This document shows positions 55,449 through 64,000 of a stretch of DNA of 64,000 bases, piece by piece (the stretch's first letter is position 1; every line of letters starts with the position of its first letter). The position numbers and the translations under genes are program-made. Under the pieces are notes generated by a model. It had not been told where the DNA came from and made no database searches. It worked only from the letters and a program-made list of their open reading frames with translations. This DNA comes from Gemmatimonadales bacterium. GTDB lineage: Bacteria; Gemmatimonadota; Gemmatimonadetes; Gemmatimonadales; GWC2-71-9. Location of the stretch: NCBI GenBank assembly GCA_965250155.1, contig OZ252291.1:68583-132582 (forward strand). The letters are read 5' to 3'.

Positions 55449-56732
55449 CCGCCCGGGAGTTCGACCGCGGGGCACTTGCCGACAACACCGTGGTCGCCCT
55501 CATCCCCGCCACGGAAGATTACGAATGGGCCGCGGCCCAGGCATGGCTCGTAGCACGGGAAGCAACCCGCGGCAAGCCTCGGGTCGCCCTCGTCGACTTG
55601 TCCCTAAACATGCCGGTGCTGGATCATGGAGCCGTCCGCCGGACGGAGAAGGGCATCGTAGACGCCCTCCTCTACGACACGTCGCTGACTCGGATAGCCC
55701 AACCGCAGGACGAACCTGGGCTCCACTACCTTGGGGGTAGGGACCCCAACCGACAAGCCTCAGGAGGTGTGGGGGCATCCGCGCTGGAGCCGGCTCGCCG
55801 CCGGGTTCCGGAGCGAGGGAGCGGTGCTCCTGCTGTTCCTCCCCACCGCGGCTATCCGCCACGCCTCCCTCCGCCCCGACGGCATCATCATCTTGGCACC
55901 CGGGGGGTGGCATCCGGCCGAGGGGCGATACGTCGACATCTCCCGGTGGCTGGGGGAGGGAATACCTCTTCTAGCGGTCGTGTCAGACCCCGATGAGGAG
56001 ACCCGGGCAGCGGGGGGGGAACCCACTCTGACCCCGAGGCCTGGCGGCTTGCTCCTGCATACGCGGCGCCGGGGCAGGAGCAACAGGATGTTCGCCCTGG
56101 CGTTCGCCCTCATCGTGCTGGCGGCCGCGATATGGACTGCCACCCGGCTAACGCTTTCGCCGGCCGCCGAAAGCACTGCGGCGGCCCCAGTCCAACCCCC
56201 GCCGTCGGAACCGTCACGGGAAGTCGGAGCCGGACAAACGCCGTTGGCTCCACCGCAGCTCGATTCACGCTCTTATTCCCTCCAAGTTGCCGCTTTCAAC
56301 ACGCTGGACCGAGCCGTAGAATACGCCGTCTCGCTCGAAAACCGACTCCTCGTGGCGGCCGTAACACCGATCCGGATCGGAGGGAGCATCTGGTACCGGG
56401 TCATCCTGGGCGCGCTCCCCACTGCGGCCGATGCCGAGGCGGCACTGGTCGGGCTGTGGCGGGATGGGTTGGTTGAGAGCGGTGAGGGAGCTATCTTGCG
56501 CACCCCGCAGGCGTTCGACTTAGGGATCCGCGAGAGCGACGCAGCTTGGGAGGAGACGCAGAGGCTCCGGGAACGGGGTATTCCTGCGTACAGTGTGGAG
56601 GCGTCGTTGGGTACGGCACGAATTTTCGTCGGCGCATTTGAAACCCCCGATCAGGCCGCCGTTGTAGGATCTCTGCTGACGGCCGCCGGCTTGACCGCAA
56701 CTCTCATGACACGTACCGGAAGCGCGCGATGA
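55445..56732 (+). pseudogene. degenerate ParA/MinD/BY-kinase-like domain + TM + SPOR domain protein; frame break at the G5 run 55733-55737
   Basis: ORF 55445..55996 (…RVALVDLSLNMPVL…GIVDALLYDTSL…EPGLHYLG) continues in ORF 55731..56732 (VGTPTDKPQEVW…AVLLLFLP…TM MFALAFALIVLAAAIW…YSLQVAAFNTLDRAVEYA…WYRVILGALPTAADAEAAL). Deleting one G of the GGGGG run joins them. Confidence 0.65.
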
Positions 56733-59700
56733 AACTGACCCGGCTCGTGCTGTCAGGCTTCAAGTCTTTTGCCGACAGAGTGGAACTGACGTTCGAGAAC
56801 GGCATTACGTCTATTGTCGGCCCCAACGGCTGCGGGAAGTCCAACATCTCCGACGCAGTTCGCTGGGTGCTCGGCGAGCAGCGCGCTCGGATTCTCCGCG
56901 GCGCCCGCATGGAAGACATCATCTTCCAGGGCACAACCAAGCGGAAGCCGACCAATGTCGCGGAAATCTCGCTGCACTTCGATAACAGCGACGCGTCGCT
57001 CCCGATCTCCTACCGGGAGGTTGTGGTAACGCGGCGCCTCACGCGCACGGGACTGAGCGAATACCTCCTGAATCAACAACCTGTGCGCTTGCGCGACATT
57101 CAGGATCTCCTGCGGGGAACCGGATTGGGGAGTGAAGGTGGTGTCGTGATCGAGGCGCAAAAGATCGACCGGCTCTTGTCGGACCGCACCGACGAGCGGC
57201 GCGCGCTGTTCGAAGAAGCGGCCGGTATCTCCCTCTACCGGGATCGCAAGACGACGACGGAGCGGCGGCTCGATAAGACCCTCGAAGATCTCAGGCGTCT
57301 CGACGACTTGATCTCGGAGATCCAGACACAGGTGCGGAGTCTGGCGAGGCAGCGCGGGAGAGCCGAGCGGCACAAGAAACTCACAGAAGAACGTTTCGGC
57401 ATCATCATGACGTTGGCCCGCCGGCAGCTCGCACAGTTCGACGAGCAAGTAGCGGCGCTACGAAAGCAGGAACAGAAAGTCAGCGAAGCGCTTCCCCACC
57501 ATCGCGAGCGGCTCAGTCTCGAGGAACGGGAACGGGAAGAACGGATTCAAGCCCGGGCCACGGCCGAGGCACAACGTACCGAGATCGAGCGGCGCCTGGC
57601 GGAAAGACGCTTGGAGGTGGGTAAGCTGGAAGGCAATCTCCAACTGGCGAGCGAGCGGTTGAAAAACGTAGCGGAGCGCAAGGCGCGGGCTCTCGAAGAA
57701 CGGGCCCACGCGGAGGCTCAGGCGTCCCGGGCTACCCACGAGAAGGAAGCCGCGGCCGCAGAGCGAAAGGCGGCAAGCGATGCACGGGAATCGGTCCAGA
57801 CCGAACTCGATCTCCGGGCATCGGACGAAAGAGCAACCCGTGATCGACTGATGGGTCAGCGTGAGAGCGTCCGAACGCTCGAAGATTCGTTGCAGGAGCA
57901 GGCGGAAACCACCAGTGCCCTCGCGGTGGAGAGCGAAGCTCTCGAACGCGATCTCACAGACCTCCGCTCGCAGGAACGGGAAGCGACCACCCGCACCCGC
58001 AAAACCGAAACCTTTCGCAAGGAAGCTCTCTCCCGGCTGGAGACGGCGGCGGCAGAGTTGGCGCGGCGGCGGCAAACCGATCACATGGCATCGGCGGAAC
58101 TGGAGGGGGCGCGTCACGCGCTGGCCGCCATGAAGGAACGGGAAGCCGCCATCCTAGTGGAGCGCCGCGGGGTGGAGGAACGTCGCACGCAGCTGAGCGT
58201 GCGACGTGACGCCCTCGAGGCGTTGGAGCGAGACAGAGCGGGCCTGGCGCCCGGTGCGCGGAAGCTCCTCGAGGACCAGGACAAGTTCTCCGATGGCGCG
58301 ATCTTGGGTCCGCTGAGTGATTTCCTGCGAACGTCCGGACGGGGTGCCGAGGTCGCCGAGCGCATGTTGGCGGAATGGCTGCACGCCGTCGTGGTGAGAG
58401 ACGAGAACACGGTTGACGAGGTGCGCCGCTGGCACGCCGATGAGCAACCCGGCCCACTGCTGCTACTCCCCGTAACCCCGGGACCCAAGGCAAACGGCGG
58501 CGCTCCGCGCGACCTGATTCTGGAGATCGCCGATCCGGCTCGCTCATGGGCGTTGGCGCTCCTAGCAGGCAACGTGAGCTTGGACAAAGGAGGGAGCGCC
58601 ATTCGGCGGCCGAATGGCGCGGTTTTCCTCCCGGGAACGGAGGATAGTAGCGGCCCGTTGCAACGCCGCGCCGAATTGGAGCGGTTGAGCGAGGAGTTTG
58701 CCGAGGCGGAGTCGGAGGTCGAACGGTTGGGGCAGGATGCCGATACCGCAGCGCGGGAATTGCTGGAAGCCGAACGCCAGTTCGACGCCGCAGTGCAGTC
58801 TGCTGAAGAGGCACGGCGAGCCCTCCACGAGATCAAAGCCGCACACGCCGACTGCGAACGTGAGGCGCAGCGGTCCGAACGGGAGCTAAAGGAAGCCAGC
58901 GAGACTTTGGCACGTCTCGGCGAGCGGCTCGAGGAGCGAACCGACCGACTGCGAGTCGTAAACGCCGAACTCCAGAAGTTGAGGAGCGGGCGGACTCAGG
59001 CGGAAGTCGAACTCGAAAAGCAGCACTCGCTCCTGAATAGTCTGGAAACCGAACAAGAGGCGGCGCGGGAGAACCGGGTGCACTGGCAGGTCGAAGAAGC
59101 CCAGGTGTCGGCGAGAGAGGAAGCAGCTCGCGAGCGCGAGGGTCGCGCAGAGCGGGCGCTCCAAGACGCAAGAGCAGAAATCGAGAGCCTCGAGCGCGAG
59201 ATCACCTACGTCGGCGACTCCGTGTCACAGACCGAAACACAACGAGCGCAGTGGAGTGATCAACTTGCGGAGCGCACCACCGAAGTCGCGGAACTCGAAG
59301 CGGCAGCGTCGGCTGGCGAGCAGGCGGTCCGAGCAGCCGATGAAGCATTGGACCTAAGCGATCGGGAGCTGGAGGAAGCGCGCGCCAAGGTTCAGGATCT
59401 CTCGGAAACTGCCCATCGTGTAAAACTCGAGCAAACCGAAATCGCAGGACGACGCAACACCATCGTAGAGCGTGTGGAAACCGAGTGGCGCATGCCGCTG
59501 GCCGAACTCCTCGAAGCTGCGCCGGAGGTGGAGGGAGACGACGAGGCCCTGCACGCGGAGGCGGAGCTGCTGGCCGACCGACTTCAGGCTGTGGGGCCGG
59601 TAAACCCCCTCGCTGCACGAGAGCACGACGAGGAGAAGAAGCGCCTCGAGTTTCTCGAAACACAGAAGGATGACTTGGTCGAGGCACGCACCTCATTGCT

Positions 59701-60208
59701 TCAGGCGCTGCGAGAAATCGACGAAACGGCTCGAGCGTTGTTTACCGCAACGTTCTCGGCCGTCCGCGAGAATTTCAAGCGGGTGTTCTTGACGCTGTTC
59801 GAAGTCGGGGATTGCGATGTACGATTAGTTGACGAGCGCGATCCATTGAACAGTGAAATCGAAATCCGCGCCGCACCGCGGGGCAAGCGCACGCAACGAA
59901 TCCGAATCCATTTGTTATCGTCCGGCGAGAGGGCGCTTGTAGCTATCTCGCTTCTCTTCGCTATTTATCTCGCCAAGCCAAGCCCCTTTTGTTTGCTCGA
60001 CGAGGTGGATGCGCCGCTCGATGACTCCAACGTGCAGCGGTTCTTGCGGCTGCTCGACGAGTTCAAAACGGATACGCAGTTCATCGTCATTACGCACAAT
60101 CCGCGGACGATGCAGACCGCCGACGCTGTGTACGGTGTGACCATGCAGGAGCCCGGTGTGTCTTCGATCGTCGGAGTACGACTGGGCGAGCACGCAACCA
60201 TCGCCTGA
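56729..60208 (+). CDS. smc: chromosome partition protein SMC
   Basis: FKSFADRVELTFENGITSIVGPNGCGKSNISDAVRWVLGEQ, long coiled coils, a hinge, LSGGERALVAISLLFAI and LLDEVDAPLD. Confidence 0.95.
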   Translation: MKLTRLVLSGFKSFADRVELTFENGITSIVGPNGCGKSNISDAVRWVLGEQRARILRGARMEDIIFQGTTKRKPTNVAEISLHFDNSDASLPISYREVVVTRRLTRTGLSEYLLNQQPVRLRDIQDLLRGTGLGSEGGVVIEAQKIDRLLSDRTDERRALFEEAAGISLYRDRKTTTERRLDKTLEDLRRLDDLISEIQTQVRSLARQRGRAERHKKLTEERFGIIMTLARRQLAQFDEQVAALRKQEQKVSEALPHHRERLSLEEREREERIQARATAEAQRTEIERRLAERRLEVGKLEGNLQLASERLKNVAERKARALEERAHAEAQASRATHEKEAAAAERKAASDARESVQTELDLRASDERATRDRLMGQRESVRTLEDSLQEQAETTSALAVESEALERDLTDLRSQEREATTRTRKTETFRKEALSRLETAAAELARRRQTDHMASAELEGARHALAAMKEREAAILVERRGVEERRTQLSVRRDALEALERDRAGLAPGARKLLEDQDKFSDGAILGPLSDFLRTSGRGAEVAERMLAEWLHAVVVRDENTVDEVRRWHADEQPGPLLLLPVTPGPKANGGAPRDLILEIADPARSWALALLAGNVSLDKGGSAIRRPNGAVFLPGTEDSSGPLQRRAELERLSEEFAEAESEVERLGQDADTAARELLEAERQFDAAVQSAEEARRALHEIKAAHADCEREAQRSERELKEASETLARLGERLEERTDRLRVVNAELQKLRSGRTQAEVELEKQHSLLNSLETEQEAARENRVHWQVEEAQVSAREEAAREREGRAERALQDARAEIESLEREITYVGDSVSQTETQRAQWSDQLAERTTEVAELEAAASAGEQAVRAADEALDLSDRELEEARAKVQDLSETAHRVKLEQTEIAGRRNTIVERVETEWRMPLAELLEAAPEVEGDDEALHAEAELLADRLQAVGPVNPLAAREHDEEKKRLEFLETQKDDLVEARTSLLQALREIDETARALFTATFSAVRENFKRVFLTLFEVGDCDVRLVDERDPLNSEIEIRAAPRGKRTQRIRIHLLSSGERALVAISLLFAIYLAKPSPFCLLDEVDAPLDDSNVQRFLRLLDEFKTDTQFIVITHNPRTMQTADAVYGVTMQEPGVSSIVGVRLGEHATIA

Positions 60209-60302
60209 TCGTGCGGGCGGTGGCGCTCGGGCTCTTGTTGGGGGCCGTCTTGCCTGACAGCACCTTCACGAAACGAATCGTGTACCGCGGCCGTAGCGAG
60301 GA

Positions 60303-61070
60303 ATGATGGAACTCACCGTTCTCGGAACCGGTACCGTTGCGCCGTCGCCCACGCGAACCGCGGCATCGTACTGGGTAGCGACCGGTAAAACGCATCTGTT
60401 ACTCGACTGCGGTGCGGGAACCATGCACCGGATGGCCGCGTTCCGCGTGCCCTGGACGGAGGTCACGCACGTGGCCATCACACATTTCCACGTAGATCAT
60501 TGGGGTGAATTCCCCATGCTGCTCTTCGCCCTGCGGTGGGCGGTGGAGCCGGCACGACAGCGGCCTCTGGAAGTGATTGGGCCGGTAGGCCTACAAGACC
60601 GACTGCACCATGCGGCTGGCGCGTTCGGAGAATGGCTCTTGAACCCCGGCTACCCATTGGAGATTCGCGAGTTACAACCGGGAGACGCCTACGCGCTGGA
60701 CCACGAGGTCAAGCTGCAAACGTGCAAGACACCGCACACCGACGAGAGCATGGCGTACTCCGTAAGGGACAAGAGCGGCCGTCTGGTGTACACTGGAGAT
60801 ACCGGGCCCAGCGACGCCCTGGCCGATTGGGCGCTAGATTGCGACCTGTTGCTGTCCGAGTGCTCGCTGCCCGATGAGCGGAGCATCGAGACGCACTTGA
60901 CCCCGACCCAGGCCGGCCATCTGGCCCGCAAAGCGAGAGCGCAGCGCCTCGTGCTCACGCATTTCTATCCTCCCGTCGAGGAGGTTGATCCTGCCGCCGT
61001 TGCTGCTGACGTGTACGGTGGCACAGTCATCGCGGCAAGGGACGGTGACCGCTTTACCGTCGGAGCTTAG
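60303..61070 (+). CDS. MBL-fold metallo-hydrolase (RNase Z/BN-like)
   Basis: LTVLGTGT..P...R..AS..V......LLLDCGAG... ITHFHVDHWG (HxHxDH). Confidence 0.8.
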   Translation: MMELTVLGTGTVAPSPTRTAASYWVATGKTHLLLDCGAGTMHRMAAFRVPWTEVTHVAITHFHVDHWGEFPMLLFALRWAVEPARQRPLEVIGPVGLQDRLHHAAGAFGEWLLNPGYPLEIRELQPGDAYALDHEVKLQTCKTPHTDESMAYSVRDKSGRLVYTGDTGPSDALADWALDCDLLLSECSLPDERSIETHLTPTQAGHLARKARAQRLVLTHFYPPVEEVDPAAVAADVYGGTVIAARDGDRFTVGA

Positions 61071-61086
61071 TCTAGGTGCAAGAAAC

Positions 61087-62135
61087 ATGCTTGTGGTGAT
61101 GCGCTACGGCGCGACCGATGGGCAGATACAAGGCGTGGTGCAGGCGATAACAGAGTTGGGTTGCGAAGCCCGGCAGCTACACAGCGCACAGGGGACGACG
61201 CTCAACGTCGTCGGGAACGACGAACGCATCGACTCGGCCAGGCTGGCTTCGCTCGACGGTGTGCGAGACATCATTCACCTGAGCCAGCCCTATCAGCAGG
61301 CGTCGCGTGATTGGCATCCCGTGGATAGGTCATAACGCTGCCCACCGGGCTCGAAATCGGATCGGACGCAATCGCCATTGCCGCCGGGCCCTGCTCCGTC
61401 GAAGGCGAGCAGCAGATCCTCGAAGTGGCACACGCGGTACAGGAGGCCGGCGCAACACTCCTGCGCGGAGGAGCGTTCAAGCCCCGCACCTCTCCCCGTT
61501 CATTCCAGGGATTGGAGCCCGCGCCCTCGAATACCTAGCCCGAGCGCGGGAAGCCACGGGCCTCGCAGTGGTCACCGAGGCAGTCGATCCCGAAACCGTC
61601 GACGCCGTGGCAGAACACTCCGACATCGTCCAGATCGGCGCCCGTAACATGCAGAACTTCTCCCTCCTCAAGCGCATCGGCCGGATCAAGAATCCCGTGC
61701 TCTTGAAGCGGGGGATCGCCGCCACCATTACCGAACTACTTTCATCGGCGGAATACATCCTCACGGAAGGAAATGCCAACGTCATTCTCTGCGAACGTGG
61801 CATTCGCGGCTTCGACCCGGGCACGCGCAACCTCCTCGACCTGAGCGCCATTCCGCGAATACAGCAAGCTTCGCATCTGCCGGTAATGGTGGATCCGAGT
61901 CACGGCACCGGTATCCGAGATCTTGTCACCCCCATGGCGCTCGCAGCCATCGCGGCTGGCGCCGACGGCGTGATGGTCGAGGTCCATCCCGACCCCGAAG
62001 AGGCGCTGTCAGACGGCGTACAAAGCCTCTACCCCGAGCAGTTTGCCGAAATGGTGAAACAAACGTGCGCGGCAAGTCGCATCGGCGGTAGGCCGTCGAA
62101 TCGCAAGCCCGGCACCCGCAAAGTTGGGCTCATGA
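61087..62135 (+). pseudogene. aroF: 3-deoxy-7-phosphoheptulonate (DAHP) synthase, type I-beta with N-terminal ACT/ferredoxin-like domain; three frame breaks
   Basis: Frame 1 (61087-61335): MLVVMRYGATDGQIQGVV...[16 protein letters not shown]. Frame 3 (61329-61538, my translation): [62 protein letters not shown]. Frame 2: [25 protein letters not shown]...[13 protein letters not shown]...KRG...CERGIRGF...VDPSHGTG...[13 protein letters not shown]. Frame 3 from about 62058: [25 protein letters not shown], with TGA at 62133. Confidence 0.8.
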
Positions 62136-62815
62136 TGGCCGTCGGCGGCATCATGACTAGGACCATCCGCGCCATCATGATGGTCATTGGCCTATTAGTG
62201 AACGCGGTCAGTACGGAGCCCGCAGCCGCTCAAGACGTGACCGAGGTACTCGCCACCGCCGAGGCCACGTACCGCCAAATCGAGACGCTGCAAGCGGAGT
62301 TCACACAGACGCTCGTAAACCCGATGATGGGAAACGAAACGACAACCGGCACTTTGTACTTGGCTCCGCCGGATCGGTTTTCCATGCGCTTTGCCGAGCC
62401 GGAGGGAGATCGGATCGTGGCTGACGGCACGTGGCTCTGGCTCCACACACCAAGCACCACACCCAATCAGGTGATCCGGCAGCCGATTCCGGATCTGGGG
62501 CCCGCCACGCCGAACCTGTTCGGACAATTCGTCGATCGCCCGCTGGACAGATACGCCGCTACGTACGCGGGGCGCGACTCCGTCGCCGGCTATGGGGTGG
62601 AAAAGGTGCGACTCATTCCTCGGGTGGAAGGCATACCGTTTCGCAGTGTGGTAATCTCGTTGTCCGCCGACGGGATGCTCCGAAGGGTGGATATCGTCGA
62701 AGACTCGGGACAGCGACGCACGCTGGTGTTCGACTCGATCCTAGTCAACGCGCCGATTCCGCCCGAGGAACTGATCTTTCGCGTGCCCAAGGGCACGAGG
62801 ATTGTGACGCCTTAG
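62132..62815 (+). CDS. LolA-like outer-membrane lipoprotein carrier protein
   Basis: Signal-like [62 protein letters not shown]...DGTWLWL. ATG at 62132 (or 62153) is in the same frame as the upstream DAHPS piece. Confidence 0.7.
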   Translation: MMAVGGIMTRTIRAIMMVIGLLVNAVSTEPAAAQDVTEVLATAEATYRQIETLQAEFTQTLVNPMMGNETTTGTLYLAPPDRFSMRFAEPEGDRIVADGTWLWLHTPSTTPNQVIRQPIPDLGPATPNLFGQFVDRPLDRYAATYAGRDSVAGYGVEKVRLIPRVEGIPFRSVVISLSADGMLRRVDIVEDSGQRRTLVFDSILVNAPIPPEELIFRVPKGTRIVTP

Positions 62816-64000
62816 GACCCGCCATTCCTCCCGCCCCCCTCCTCCCTGACGCCTCCCGCCAACTCAAACAACTCTTCCTGACTTTCCACCTCGCCAAGCA
62901 ATTCAATCGCCTTTCCCACCACCGCGTCCCTCAGCACCTCATACCGCACCTCCACCTCGCGGCCAAACACATAGCGCAAGGTTCGCCGCAGCAGCTCGTG
63001 GCTCACGAGATCGCTCGCACCGTTCCATACAGCGTTCGGTATGGCGATGCCTCGCTCCCGGATTCGTCGTAGCAGGACGCTCCGCATGCGCGGCGTCACT
63101 TCGAACGACTCGGCATCAGGCACGAGTTCCGCTTCCTTCAACTCCATGACGTAGCTCGACAACACGTCGAGGAACGTTTGGATGTTCGATCCGAGCTGCC
63201 GCTGGAAGCGACGTTCGGCGGCGGTAGTAGTGTCTGCGCGAGCCACCACGACGTCGGGATGAATACCGCCGCCGCCAGCCAGCTCCCGACCGGCATCACT
63301 CCGAAAAACCGTACTTACCAACGACCCGGTGGAGTCGTGCCCTTCCGGCGACACCCGCAATAGGGAATTACGCTCCCGGTGGATAGACCGACCACTGGGC
63401 GTATACCATCGACCCGTGGTCAGGCGGAGGGCCTCGGTTCGACTGATCTGGAAGATCGTTTGCACCAACCCCTTGCCAAAACTCGGCCTACCGAGCACCA
63501 ACGCCCGATCGTGATCCTGCAGCGCACCCGCGATGATCTCGGCCGCACTCGCCGAGAACTCGTTGACCAGAACGGCGAGCGGCATGCCGCCCCACTGCCG
63601 GGGCAGATTCGCGTCATAGGTGCGGGCCATCGCGCCGGCCCTGCCTCGGGTTGACACCACCAGCTCACCCGGCTCTAGAAAAAGCTCCGACACTGCGACA
63701 CCCTGATCCAACAATCCGCCGGGATTGAATCGCAGATCCAGGATGAGCTTTTGGGCACCGGAGTCCCGCAAGCGTGAAACGGCATCGGTGAGTTCTTCGG
63801 CCGACCGGGCGCCTACTGTTTCGAGCCGGACGTACCCGATGTCGGGAGCGACGACGGCGGCGTGGCGCACCGAGGTCACGTGAATCTGCTCCCGCCCAAT
63901 CTCGAATCGTAGCGGGTCGGGCAGTCCGGCACGCACCACGGTAATCGCCACCGCGGTCCCGGGATCGCCGCGCAGTGCAGCTGATGCCTTGTCCGGCGAC
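62812..64000 (-). CDS. S41 family C-terminal processing peptidase (N-terminus outside window)
   Basis: [17 protein letters not shown] (end of PDZ), [52 protein letters not shown]. The frame stays open to the window edge. Its stop overlaps the lolA-like stop (TTAG). Confidence 0.85.
   Translation of the reverse strand, partial: SPDKASAALRGDPGTAVAITVVRAGLPDPLRFEIGREQIHVTSVRHAAVVAPDIGYVRLETVGARSAEELTDAVSRLRDSGAQKLILDLRFNPGGLLDQGVAVSELFLEPGELVVSTRGRAGAMARTYDANLPRQWGGMPLAVLVNEFSASAAEIIAGALQDHDRALVLGRPSFGKGLVQTIFQISRTEALRLTTGRWYTPSGRSIHRERNSLLRVSPEGHDSTGSLVSTVFRSDAGRELAGGGGIHPDVVVARADTTTAAERRFQRQLGSNIQTFLDVLSSYVMELKEAELVPDAESFEVTPRMRSVLLRRIRERGIAIPNAVWNGASDLVSHELLRRTLRYVFGREVEVRYEVLRDAVVGKAIELLGEVESQEELFELAGGVREEGGGRNGGS

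Noticed and set aside
1-64000. CRISPR arrays, integrases/recombinases, intact IS elements, toxin-antitoxin pairs, restriction-modification or other known defence systems.
   Set aside because: I read through both strands and the ORF track and found no regularly spaced direct-repeat array. I also saw no Cas, integrase, methyltransferase/endonuclease or small paired ORF signatures.

Overview
High-GC chromosome segment from a diderm (Gram-negative-type) bacterium. LolA, a C-terminal-Phe beta-barrel, SPOR, Tat and lipobox signals support this. The phylum cannot be assigned from sequence alone. The window has two parts.

(A) 1-12.0 kb is an accessory, partly decayed region ending at tRNA-Ser(GCU). 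It holds small lipoproteins and orphans, two visibly AT-richer genes (2485-3027, 10411-11217), an IS91-like transposase remnant and an N-terminally truncated amidohydrolase. It also carries several repeat families: a 29-bp palindromic REP-like unit in 4 copies, a 27-bp direct repeat bracketing an orphan gene, and CGTCAAG heptamers phased at 11 bp.

(B) 12-64 kb is tightly packed core genome, with many 4-nt ATGA-type gene overlaps:
- gltX
- an 8-gene overlapping minus-strand chain (rsmI, DUF4159, a 1093-aa coiled-coil membrane protein, TPR, a Tat-exported protein, a RadC-JAB::DinG helicase fusion, an aminotransferase, a membrane protein)
- trxA, mce, pdxJ, ispE, tRNA-Gln, korAB
- amidase, D-aminoacylase, prs-rplY-pth, hppA, ychF
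- rpsF-rpsR-(membrane protein)-rplI
- a DAK2::DegV fusion, rsfS, two SPOR proteins, smc, an MBL hydrolase
- a type I-beta DAHP synthase, lolA-like and a partial S41 peptidase

I found no CRISPR array, integrase, intact IS, toxin-antitoxin pair or known defence system. The most unusual items are:
- the RadC-like JAB::DinG fusion
- the four-gene envelope module of unknown function (DUF4159 / giant coiled-coil / TPR / Tat protein)
- the DAK2::DegV fusion
- a pseudo-P-loop::SPOR protein next to smc
- the repeat-bracketed orphans of the island

One caveat affects all pseudogene calls. At least nine reading-frame breaks in seven genes fall in or next to short mononucleotide repeats (2-5 nt), where a 1-nt change restores the frame. 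This points to assembly indels rather than true gene decay.
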